From NCBI RefSeq assembly GCF_009914755.1, contig NC_060934.1: a DNA stretch of 64,000 nt; one strand, given 5' to 3'. Source of the DNA: the human T2T-CHM13v2.0 reference genome, Homo sapiens. A program made the translations under genes and the position numbers. This document shows positions 1 to 13,500 of the stretch, piece after piece. Every line of letters begins with the position of its first letter. Within the stretch, counting starts at the first letter, position 1. Under the pieces are notes generated by a model, which was not told the DNA's origin, did not search any database, and worked only from the letters and a program-made list of their open reading frames with translations.

Positions 1-1494
1 CCCTAGAGGGGAGGCAAACTGCAGGGGTTGAAAGGACAGAAGGTGGCCACAGTGCATTTCCATTTTGGAAATGCATTGATCTCATTTAGGTTTCTGGAGC
101 CCTGACTGATCACAGGAGAACAATGCCCTGTGTGAGGCCTGAAGGGAATGACCCTGAAATGAATCAATCTTGACCTGGGCTAGAGAGAATACAGTCTAGG
201 GACAACTCCCACAAAATAGATTTGGGCATTGAGATGGGAGGTTTTATAAGTTACCTGTCTGCAAGCTGTGAAGCCATTCAACATGCCTCATGGGGATGCC
301 CCCACCCATCTCTTGCTTTACATGCAGTAATGGGGACACAGCTCCTTGTGCATCTCCTCAGGTGATGTGGTGCCAGTCTCCCCTTCCATCTCCCTCAGGC
401 TCACGAGGCCCACAGGGAAGCAGGGTAGCTCCCAGACTCCCCCATCGCAGCCCTGGGTGCTGCCATCCTCTTGTGACCCCCATATCCCATTGCTTTGGCA
501 GGGTTAAGAGGACAGGGGAAAGGGTGGAGATGGATGAATTAATTTCAGGATTATTGCTGTACATGCAGCCAGCAGCCCCTGCAGTGGGCCTTGTCTATAA
601 ATATAAAGTCATAATAATAAGGGTTTGTGTTTATAAAGCACTTTGAAGCCCTCAGATAAGAGGCAGTTTATTCCCGTTATTGTTCTCATCATTAACAGGA
701 GTCACTGCCTAAAGTGGAATTTAGCAATTTCAGACAACAGAGAAATTGCCTGTAGGAGAACAAACTCCATGCTTCAGCAAGCATTCCTTGGTGGAAGAGG
801 CCTTGGGTCCAAACTGGGAACAAAAGTGCTTCTGATAGCACTTGAATCTGCAGCCCAGCACTTTGTGAAGCTGGCTGCTGCCTCTTTTTTGTCCCCCAGA
901 GGTCACTGTCGAATACAGATATCAGACAGAAATGTGATTACCAGGGAGTGAGGAAAGAGGCTAGCTAGCTCACCAAAAAATTCATCTGCCAGCATATCCT
1001 CTGGGTCCCATCTCCTGCGCACATCCAGCCATAGGTGGTGCTGTTGGCCAGGAGCTCCATGGCTGGAGGCCCAGGCTAGCTCTCAAGGCAAGCAGGGGTT
1101 GTTGGACATTTTTGAAATGATGGGTGAGGCCAGGTGGGATGGGAGTGATGCCCCTGGAGGGGCAGGGCTGAGGGTTGGATTCCCATAGAGGACAGAGGAG
1201 TGTTTCAGGGCCCACTTTGGAACCCACACTGAGCCTCTGGTCCAGTGTCCCAGCCTGGCTCATCCCTGCCCTCCTCAGGTCTCTCTGTTGGGAGGTAACC
1301 TAGAGGCCGCTGAACCCTTAGCCAGATCGTTCCCGAACCTAGTGGCATTTTTACCTTCTACCTGGAAGAATGTATTTTATACCTTTACTCCCATTAATTA
1401 TATAGAACTCAATGGGTATTCCTTTATTATTATTATTAATTTGGAAGGGAGAGATTTATTTCTCATCAGGGGTTACAGCCTGCATAGACATTCT

Positions 1495-2127
<633 letters not shown>

Positions 2128-2744
2128 AGGGTGGCCATTCTGGCAGGTGGGGAAGTGTGGCCTCTGGCCAGAAGCCAAAAACTCAATGGCTACTCCCTTC
2201 CACAGTGTTTAGCTTTTTAAGGATATAGTACATTTAAAATCTGTTTTCTGATCATCATTCTGTCAGGAGGTGGACAGGATCCATACTTTTATTCTTGTGT
2301 TATAGATGATTATATAAATGTATATATAAAGTCAGCATGATGAACCAGCTTGCTGAAAGTTAGTGACTGTCTCTCCTGATACTCAGACATCTGCACTTCA
2401 GAAATGCACATCATGGCATTTCTCTCTGATTTGACCTCTTCCTTCACCTGGAGGTTCCATAACCTGCCCCAGTTCTAATATTCTGGAATGTGGTTACTAA
2501 CCAAAGCCAGAGTTTCTTTACCCATACTTGCCTTGTCTCTGAAGAGCTGGGTTGGTGACTTTACTTGAAGGAATTGATTGCAGTGTATCATGTCCTTGGC
2601 CTCACATATTAGTGAGGGATGAATCAGGGAAGGAAAAAAGTGCTTTTCCAGGATCCCAGTGTTGGACCATCTATTCCTGATAACGTTTGTGCAGAAAGAG
2701 GGCTCCTAGCCTCAGCCTGGAAGTTGGCCGCTGTAGGTGGAATG

Positions 2745-2935
2745 AGCCAGGGTGCAGGAGTGAGAAGTTGTTGGGTTAAATCTGGCCTCTGCCACTGTTA
2801 GCTGTAGAATTTAGGCAAGGTTTCCTCATCTATCAGAGAAGACTCACAGCTACTTCACAGATTTTGGGGAATTTGATGAAATCATATATGTACAGGCCAG
2901 CACAACGGCTGGCCTGAAGCAGGTCCTCAACAGTT
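2745..2935 (+). mobile_element. MIR fragment
   Basis: gggttaaatctggcctctgccactgttagctgt...tttcctcatctat MIR core-like sequence. Confidence 0.6.
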
Positions 2936-3123
2936 CTTTGGAAATTGGAATCTGAGGAGAGCTTGGCTGATTTGACATCGGTGATAGTAACACTGTGGGA
3001 GGTGTTAATAGGCTTCACTAGAAAAAAGGATTCTGTGGTTAAATAAATTTAAGAAACTCTGGATTAAACAGGCTTCTCTTTGGTGGGGCCGAGAGCCTTT
3101 AGTATGTGTGTGTGATTGTGACT

Positions 3124-3141
3124 GTCTAGCAGGGGGCGACT
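3124..3141 (+). promoter_or_regulatory. Candidate CTCF motif
   Basis: GTCTAGCAGGGGGCGACT versus core CCAGCAGGGGGCGC (2 mismatches). Motif match only. Confidence 0.35.
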
Positions 3142-3889
3142 GTGGGTGGGGGTGCCAAGTTTGCCCAGAGCCTTGATGTTTAAGAAGATTTGCTTGCTGC
3201 TTTTCTAAAGGCGGACTGGTTGGAGGCTTCTCTGGACCCCTCTGGCCATGCGGTGTGCAGGTGTGCATGGCACCCCCTCTGAGGTATGTGAGGCATGACC
3301 CAAGTGATTGTCCACAGCAGCCCTGCTCCTGCCTTCAGCCTCCAGAGTCTCTCTCCCTCTGAGGGCCTGGCCTCTGGTGCCCTTTTGGGTTGAAAGGCTG
3401 GATTGGGGAGGGGATACAGTAGAGAGTGGTGGGAGGCAATAGATCATTACTGAAATAGTCAAAATGGAGGAGTCGTCTGTCAAACAGGGAGAAGACAGGT
3501 ACAGAGTTGGCCTGTTCTGGGCCCTTTGACATTGACTTCAAGTTCATCTAGTGCAGCTCTTTTATTCGAAGAAGGAATGTGGAAACTGAGGCCCAGAAAT
3601 TAAGTGACCTGTCCGGGGTCACAAGGCAGGGCCAGGAGTTCTGCTACAAGCCTTTACTTCCACATACATCTTTTGAAGACTTTTGACATTCAGAAAGGAA
3701 GGCCACTGATGTGTTGGAGAGAGTACCCAGGGGACCCGCAGAGTGTTCGGACCCCAGGGGAGACAACCTGTTCATTGTTGAACATCCCCACCTCCCACCT
3801 CAATATCTGCCCCATCATTGGACAAATGCAAATAATCTAGACTATGGCGGGCTATTACTTTGTGGTGAGAATGTGGAGACATGGAGGTG

Positions 3890-4100
3890 TCAGGAGATTT
3901 GGGGAATTCTCACTTTAATACGGGCTTCTCTGTTTACCAGCTTTGTGAGTTGGGCAAGATATCTAACTTTTCTGGGCCTCAGTTTCCTTTTGTTTAAAAG
4001 TGGATAATAGAAGTAACCAACCTGAGAGAGTTGTTTTGACAATTAAATGTGTTTAGAACCTGGCACAGAATAAGCTCTTAAAATGTCATCTTTCATTGTA
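3890..4100 (+). mobile_element. MIR
   Basis: ttgggcaagatatctaacttttctgggcctcagtttcc...gtaaccaacctgagagagttg...cctggcacagaataagctct. Confidence 0.7.
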
Positions 4101-4107
4101 TGGCTGA

Positions 4108-4700
<593 letters not shown>

Positions 4701-6833
4701 TAAATCCCCAGCTCACAGCTCAAGGTCTGGGACACAGTTGATGCCCAATAAATGTTTGCTGCCTACCTACAGCTGCCTGAGGCTGAACGTTATGACCCTT
4801 CCAGAAGCACAGTGGGTCTCTCTCTTGTCCAGGTGCTGGTGAGAAAGTCAAGTACAGTACCTATCATGGAAAAACCCTATGTCTGGGGGAATGGGTGTGA
4901 GAAGGGGGTGGGCTTCCCCAGGAGGAGAAAAGGCAGATGCTCCCTACTCCCTTGAGCCTATCGGGAGCTTCTAAGAAGTTGGTTAACCTCGACCAATAAA
5001 CTAAATCTATTACAAGAGACTCAAAACCAAGCTGAGCCTCCACCTGCTCTGCCTCCATTCCTCTTGCCTGGTGGTAGGAGTAGTTCAAGGAAAGCAGGTG
5101 CAAGCTATGCACCTAAAGTTCCCTCTGATCCTGTCCTTGCTGTTGTGGCCAAGCCCTGGGATTCATTTTCCGGTCCCACTGCCCCAGCCTGGGGGAATGG
5201 TTCTGCTGGGCTGCTTCCCTCCTGGTTCTGCTTTTTGTGTATATTTGCAGGGAAGATGTTAACACTTCCTAACAAGTCTTTGTGTTCATCTAATCTCTGC
5301 TGTTTAACCTTTGACTCTCCCCTATTATCAGTGTCTGCCACCTTTGCTGGCCAGACCAAAGGCCCCAGGAAGAGCCCTCAGCCTGAGCTGGCTAGGAAGA
5401 GGATGAGGCAGGCATTCCATCCCCGGTTTGCAGGCAGATGGATCGCCTTTCCCTGGGGCAGAGCTTTGGAAAATAAAGCAACTTGCAATGCCATTAGGAT
5501 CCCCCAGCCCCCACTCCTTTTGAACTGTCAGCCTTTAAGTAAACATTCTTTTCCTGCCATGGGTCCCAGCACCTTGGTGGGGAGTGGGGAACCTGGGAGG
5601 AGAGGGGCCCCGAGAGCCTCTGTTGAACGGAGGGATTTGGGCAGGGAGGACGGGGGCAGAAGTGCTGCATTGATGTCAACTCTCTGAGTCCCCAGGGCAT
5701 AGGGGCTTTTGAAGTGGACTCAGGGTAGCTGTCACCACAAGGACCAGGCCCCTCTGAAGTACTAAAAGCCCCATCCTCCCCAGGCCTCTCACTTGAGAGT
5801 TTGTTTGTACCTGCCTGAGGTGTTTCCCTTCACAGCCCATACAACCTCTGCAGCAGAAAGTGATGCCTTGCCCAAGTGACAGGTCTAGCAGCCCCTGGCC
5901 AGAGCCTAAGCCACATTTCCACCAAGGAAAATGCCAAATTGGTGTACTGTTAGAGATGAGGAGGCCATTCATTGTGCTTTGGTGTAGTAAGGATCAGACC
6001 AAGGACAAGGAATCTTACTCTAATCTTGACTCCCATCCCTACCGACAACTGGCCGTGAAACAAGGCAAGATATTTCATCTCTCTGAGCCCGAGTTCCCTT
6101 TTAGGTAAGGGGGGTCAAATTTCCTGCAAAGTCTAGTTATACACATTACAGACTGGGTGTTGCCATCTGTTCTATTTTTTTTTTTAATTAAAAGGCATCA
6201 TTAATCGCTGAACCGGCACCTGCAGATGATAAGGACCATGTGTGATATGTAAAAATGGAGGAGTAGGGACTTGGGGCCAGCCAAGTAGTCCAGAGGTCCA
6301 GCTTCCGTGATGAGTAACATGGTTCGTCCTCTCAAAGAGATTTCTCCTAGTAGATATACTTTTCCCTCTGGCCTACAAGGCCAGGCTAACAAGGCCTTGA
6401 AAGGCCCCAAAAGAGGAAGAGGTAGTTGAGGCCTTCAGTGGACCTCCCATGTAAATGGTAACAGTAGGGCCCCAGCTTTGGGAGACAGATCTGAATGTCC
6501 TTACTCTGTCCTTTGTTAGAACACGTCCCATTTTTCTGGTGTCTCCATGAGGCTTTGGGGGTAGAGGAGTCCCAAGCTGCTTGAGCTATTTGTGTGTTCC
6601 AGGCTTCTTCTGCCTGTCTTTGGGAGACCCAGCTCTGAGATGTGAGTCACTACAACCCCTGGTCTAATCACAGAATTATAACTAGGTTCTGCTCTTCTGC
6701 CACTGGACTGGACATAAGGCTTGCATTCTATGCTTTCCAGGGCCACTGAGCTCTGAAATACTGGTGTTCTAACTGGTTTCCCTTCTCCCTCTCTGCGTGT
6801 GTGGAAGGTGTGGAAGAACTAGGTAGAAGCTAG

Positions 6834-7100
<267 letters not shown>

Positions 7101-7244
7101 TAGCCCCAAGCCCTAGGGTATGCTTGTGGGAGAATAGGCATCTCTAATTCAGCATGGGGGAGAGCAGGGAGGGGGCTCAGGAAGGAGCCTGACCATATAA
7201 TTCACAGCTAGAAGAGGGTAGAGGGTGAAAGGGAAGCGGTGGAA

Positions 7245-7544
<300 letters not shown>

Positions 7545-7706
7545 TTGGCCCCTGAGCCTTATACCTCCACCACAGGGGGTGCCGTGAGACTTCAAGGCTT
7601 GGCCCTTCTTGACCACGGCAGCCTCCTGTCTTCTAGGAGCTATCAAGGGTCTCTAAGAACTGGGCATGGGGCACTCCTAGCCAGTGAGTCATGGTCATAT
7701 TTCCTG

Positions 7707-7712
7707 AGTAAA
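7707..7712 (+). terminator. DPCD: Probable DPCD poly(A) signal (variant AGTAAA)
   Basis: AGTAAA about 160 nt after the stop, followed by T/GT-rich sequence. I saw no AATAAA between the stop and the Alu at 8050. Confidence 0.6.
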
Positions 7713-8049
7713 GTCATTCTGAGTTACTTACTGCACAGGGACTGCCCTCTTGTTCCCCTCTGTATGCTGCCTGGCCCCAGACCCCACTGGCCTCCCTCGG
7801 GAGGGTGTGATGACATTCCTTTCTCTATCCCGGAGACCTACAACATAAAGCTTTCCACAAAAAGGGAGAATAGGGTGGGAGCACATGGCCCTAGCAGGGC
7901 AGGGCTGGCCTTTCCCTGCAACCTGTTTACACAAACTCAGAGGAAGACCAGGCTGGAGGGACCCTGTGCTACCGTAGCTTGCAGAAGTGGCTCAGAGGAA
8001 ACTCCTGAAGATGTGTGGGCAAGGGAAAAGTTTTAAAAATGCAGAAACC

Positions 8050-8399
<350 letters not shown>

Positions 8400-8737
8400 T
8401 TAAGGCATTGTGGGTAAAAAGCCAGAATCAGGGTCATAATTTTGCCAAGGGTGTGTGTTGGGGTAGGGGTCACCACAGGCAACAACTGAGCTTCCAGCAG
8501 CCTGTACCCTTTCCACAGTCCCCTCTCCAAACCCACAGGTGACCCTCCATACCCCAAAGGGTAAGGGATAGGTCATCAATGGGAACTCTTCCTGAAAAAA
8601 AGAAACCTTTGTTCTTTGGGACACAGAGCCATGAGGCTGGTCTTGTCGTTTCAGCAGCACATACAACCCTGAGCTTGGGTCTGCTGTTCCCTTCTCCTGG
8701 AGCCTGCTAGGACTACTCAGCCAGTGAGGAACCAGAT

Positions 8738-9363
8738 CTGTGAACAATCAAGCTTTATTTTTACAAAAATGAAAATTGTAGCATGTCTCAACAGCCAGCC
8801 TGAGGTAGGGCTGGCTCAGAACTCACTCAGAACTGCTGGGTTCCCTTTGCTCTTTCTTGGTTTCAAAGCAAAACCAGGCCACAGTGCCCCAGGAATGAAC
8901 CCCCAGCCCCGAGAGGTTGGTCAAGGGTGAGGTCTGGCTGGTGCCAGGAGGCTATTGGCAGCCTCACCTTTCCTTCCAGGAAGGGGCAGAAAGGAACCAT
9001 CTGGGAAGGTGGGAGCACCTCACCTCACTCTGTAGGCTGTCATGGCTCTAATAAGGGGTATAGGATGGGCCTCTCCAGGCCAGATCCTTGCTCTGGCCAA
9101 ACAGGGACGCAAGGCCCGGGTTCAGCCGCACTCTAAAGCAGCAGGTCCTGCCTCTCCAACAGGTTCCTGGGAGGGACTGCATCTCTGGTAAGCTCCAAAG
9201 TCCCAGGAGTCAGAAGCCTCTAGTGCAAGGTGCCTGAGCACTGGGGTCACAGGCCCAGGAGCACAGTGGGGCAGTGAGGAGGAGCTATCACTGCACCCTC
9301 CAGGCAAGAGAAGTCCCTGAGTAGCTGGTTTCCCTGGCCCAGAGGCAGGGGTGGCCCTGACGG
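8738..9363 (-). other. FBXW4: FBXW4 3' UTR (cleavage site approximate)
   Basis: Interval between stop codon (9364-9366) and about 15-20 nt past the AATAAA. Confidence 0.75.
8754..8759 (-). terminator. FBXW4: FBXW4 poly(A) signal AATAAA
   Basis: TTTATT on + about 605 nt past the FBXW4 stop, preceded on - by a U-rich tract (TTTTTGTAAA). Confidence 0.85.
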
Positions 9364-9483
9364 TCATGGGTTTTGAAAATCCAGGACGTGGAGGTTGTAA
9401 GACAGGGCAGCATAGAGATGCTTGGTGGTGAGACGCAGGCAGTACACAGGGCTGCTGAGGGGAGTCGACGTCAGCGGGAAGGC
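9364..9483 (-). CDS. FBXW4: FBXW4 last coding exon (likely exon 9)
   Basis: Acceptor ccttcCAG (9484-9486). 40 codons AFPLTSTPLSSPVYCLRLTTKHLYAALSYNLHVLDFQNP*, the F-box/WD40 dactylin C-terminus. Confidence 0.96.
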   Translation of the reverse strand, partial: AFPLTSTPLSSPVYCLRLTTKHLYAALSYNLHVLDFQNP

Positions 9484-9700
9484 CTGGAAGGGAGGGCACA
9501 GGAAGTGGTAAGAGCTTTCCAAGTGGGACATGGGTGTGCCCTAACCCAGGATCCCCAGGCCCAGGGGAAGAGGGACGTGTGCCATTGTAGGCTTCTTCCA
9601 ACCCTTTCTAGGCACGTCCTTGGCTACCTCACCCTCTCCCAAATGCAGCCCATAATCATGAGTCCTGGCATGCTGGAGAAGAGGTGGGCAGGACACTTAC

Positions 9701-9842
9701 GTGCAGGCAGGCCCTTTGACGCCGGTCCCACAGCCGTACAACACCGTAGTAGGAGGAACCTGTGGCCAGCAGGTGGTTGCCATCTGTCTGCAGGCAGTAC
9801 AGGGTGCTGTCGTGGGGCTCCTCCCACTCCATGACACATTTC
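9701..9842 (-). CDS. FBXW4: FBXW4 coding exon (likely exon 8), WD40 repeat
   Basis: Acceptor CAG 9843-9845, donor GTAAGT 9695-9700. 142 nt: G + KCVMEWEEPHDSTLYCLQTDGNHLLATGSSYYGVVRLWDRRQRACLH. Confidence 0.96.
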
Positions 9843-10409
9843 CTGTCCAGGAAGAGGAGAAGCAGAGGGAGGTTTAGGGTACCCTCCACCTCTACCCCAG
9901 CTTTCTTGGGCCTAGAGTGGCTGAGGGGAGCGTTAAGGAGCCATTCCGGGATGGAAGAGAAAGAAGCCTAAATCATCAGATTCATCAAAAACCGAACTTC
10001 ATGGGAGAAAGCATCTTCTGTAGAGGGCTCTCGCCATGGCCCAGACGACACAGCAGATTATGCCTGCACTTCTGTTTTCACATGGCCAGCTACTTGTCAC
10101 TGGACTCAAGAAAGGTTGAAGTAACACAGGCCTCAAGAAAGGCTGGGAGAGAATATTGAGTGACAGTACCCTGACGGCTCCAGAGGCTCTGGGAAACGCC
10201 TGCCTTTGCCAAGGCCTGTTGGCTATAGCCAAGCCACTGGGACCAGGGCTGCCCAAATGTAGGAAGTCTAGTGACCTTGCAGGCCTCTTCCTTCCCAGCC
10301 CTGACATGGAGTCTCTGTGCCCTCTCCCATGGGCCAACCCAGGACTGGAGGAAGGACCAGGATTGGTGCAGGGCCCCCACCACCTGTCCTCCCTGCCCAG
10401 CACACTCAC

Positions 10410-10550
10410 CGGACGCTGGTGCGGAGGTCCCAGTAGCGAACATAGGTGTCATAGCCACAGGACAGCAGTGTGAAAGGGGACTCATACATGACATCCAGCA
10501 CCCCAGCCCCTGGGGGAAAGTCACTGCCCAAGTGTGTCATCAGCTGCCCA
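10410..10550 (-). CDS. FBXW4: FBXW4 coding exon (likely exon 7), WD40 repeat
   Basis: Acceptor CAG 10551-10553, donor GTGAGT 10404-10409. 141 nt, phase 2-2: GQLMTHLGSDFPPGAGVLDVMYESPFTLLSCGYDTYVRYWDLRTSV. Confidence 0.96.
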
Positions 10551-13500
10551 CTGGGAAGGGAAGGACGGAGTGAGAGGCTGCTCCACGTGGGTCATACACA
10601 TTCGTTCCACCTTCAGAAGGCATCAGACCTTGGGGAAATGTTCTCTTTCCTCAGCTAGAATGAGACTCAAGGAAGGGGGCTCAGGGAGGAGATGCCCAAT
10701 TCCTACCCACCTCACCCCTGCCATGAGGCCTCTGCAACCAGTCCCAGGCCCCACCCCTCCCCCAGCATCCCAGCCCTCAGCAGCCCCTCCATCACACCTG
10801 CGTGCCGGCTGCCACCCACCCAGCCACTCCTCCTCAGGACAATGAATGGGGGGGCTTGCTGAAGGGGTCGGCCCCCCTCACATTCACATGCACATGCACA
10901 CACACACACACACTTGGTTACTTTATACATCTTGATCCTGCAGGTCATGCAGTTCTGAGCTGCCTGAGTCCAATGCCTTAATTCCTGCCTGTAATCTGGG
11001 GCTCAAACCTCATTGGGGATAAAGACCACACAAAGGGAGAAGGGGAGTCCCAGGAGATGTTAAAACAAGTAAACACCTTTGTGTCTGGGGAGAAAAATCG
11101 CTGAGAAAGCAGCTTAGCGAGCTGTCCCTGGTGTTCCTGGTCTAGCTGGCCCCCAGCCCGGGGCTAGCACGCCTCCGTGATCACAGCCCCCAGCCTGTGG
11201 GGCTCCAGCCTGCTCCCCCCACCCTCACCCCACCCGGGGGCCGAGAGCAGATTACTGAGAACAATTTCTTTGTGACTGTGTAATTCCCTCCGTGACCGCG
11301 GCAGTGGGCAGACCCTTTGCCCTGATGCCAGACCCCTAGCAACTATGTAGGGGGGCCTCCTGTCCCTAGCAACTACCCCTCAACATCAAGTGCACCCGCT
11401 AATCCCTGCAGCCAGGGGATGGGTGCAAGTATGGAGTTTCCACAGAATGACTGGGGGAAATGAAGGAAAAGGGGCGCCCTCCAGGCCTGATGCCTTAGCT
11501 TCCTTTACCCGTGAGACGCTGGGCTTTCCCCATGCCATGACAGGAGAAACAAGGCCGTGGACACTTCACAGGGATGTCCAGGTAAGAGGCCCTGGCATGG
11601 AGTGAGGGGACTTCATGGCTCACCAGCCCTTTTGGCCCAAGTAGCATGTCAGCAAAGGGCTTGAGGCAGACAAGGCAGCCAGCCACATGTCTGAATGCAG
11701 ATGTCAGCTCTCGTCCTTCCACCTCACTGAGACCCTGACCCACAACCTCCCTTCTCCCCAACAGAGCTGCCATCTTCCCGAAGGCCGAAGGAATCAAAGG
11801 AGGAGACTGGGGGTTCCTTTCTGCCCCTTCCACCTTTCCCCTTTGAGCCCTGGGCAGTGGGCCCTGGCCAGGAGCACTGCTGCTGCCAGGGGGGAATTAA
11901 TCCCCAAGGCAGCACCCCTGCTACCAGCCTCCTCAGGGAAGTTCTGGTCTTCCTCTCAGTAGCCCAGAGCTGGGCCTGCGGGGAGAAGATGGCAAGCCTC
12001 TGTCTGTTGGGGGGCTCCTGAGAGGGATCAGGCAGAAGGCCTTCTCCCCAGATCAGCATCCCTTAGAGACTGCTAACCTTGGCTCCCAGAGAAGCCCTGC
12101 CTTCCCAGATGGGCCACCAGCCAAGATTCAGCCACCCTGGGCAGGCCAGAGCCCTGTAGGGGAGTCATTCTCTCTCTTTCACAGGTATACTGGGTGCATG
12201 CTGGGTAGGGGCTGTTTGGCTCCACAGTTCTCCTCCCTCTTCCAGATTTGGGGGCCCTGCCCCCTCCATTAGTGAGGCCTTAAGGAATGATTGAGGAGCT
12301 CTCCCCTTTAATCTATAGAAGTAATTTCATGTTTGTTTGAAATAGAAGATGAAAGGCAGTGGGGGTTGGGAGGACTGAAGCCCAGCATGGCTCTACCTGC
12401 CCACCCTGGTCCCTGGGTTCAGAGGGAAGGAGAGCTGGGCACTCATGGGGCTGCACAGGGACAGCAGTATAAAAGGCCCACCCAGACTGGGCTGCCAAGC
12501 TGGGCCCCTACCCCAGCATTCATGCCACCACTGGAAAATGTCATGGCCGTAAGTATCTGCAGTCAGAAATACAGGACAGCCCAAGGGGTCCCTGCCCTCG
12601 GGGGGAGAGCCAAGGGCCCAGTGAGCACCAGGCCCTGGAGGCCAGCACAAGTCCTGAGAGCCCCTGCTCTGCCCGCACAGCCTGGCAGGGGCTGAGAAGT
12701 TTCTTTCTGCTGTGCTGTTCTCTGGTTCTCTAAAATGGCCACACACACTTTAAATGGGCCAATGAAAAGATACAATTTCTTTTGCCCCTGGGCCCAGGAC
12801 CCTCAAGGCTCTGTTGTGTGGTGCCCGTGAGGTTAAGTTCAGAGCATAAACTGACACGCCAGGCTCTGGGAAAAGGCCCATCTCTTCTAATAGCAACCCA
12901 GCAGTGCCACAGGAGCCCTGCTGGGGCTTTGATTTGGGAAAACAAACAGAAATGGCACCGTGGGCCCTTCTCGGCCCCCACCCCAAGACCTATTTAACTA
13001 GAAAACTCTAGCTCAACTGCTCTGGTAGAGGGAGAGATTGGCCCGACAATAGCCCCAAACTTTGGGGGAAAAGGGGACAAAACAAGCTGTCTGTCTCCTC
13101 ATCCCCTCCTCCTGGGCTCTTTTCTTACTGCAAGTGTGTTCTTATAAAAACGATTAGATTGCAATTTGTATAACGTGGTGACCCCCCAAATTCAGACATT
13201 TCACCCCTTTTCTCTGGAAAGAATGTTAAGAATGCTTCTCGGCCTCTCACTGTGGGGGGCGAGAGGGGGGTGCAGAGCCTTGGCTGTTGCACAGCTTGTG
13301 TGGGAACAGGGCTGCTGCTCAGAGCCCCAGGCCAAGACGGGAGCAAGGGCCAGCCTGTCACTATAGAGGGCCAGACAAAAAGTCCATTCCCTTCCAACTC
13401 CCGTGGACAAAGCCCAGGCCTCCAGGATCCACTAAGGGCTGGGGGCCTCCACACCCTAGCCTCCGCCGAGTCAAGTCCAGCAATTCTCTCTCCACCCAGG

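Noticed and set aside
9122-10658. Overlapping ORFs in other frames or on the + strand across FBXW4 exons
   Set aside because: Shadows of GC-rich coding exons; only the spliced WD40 frame is coherent.
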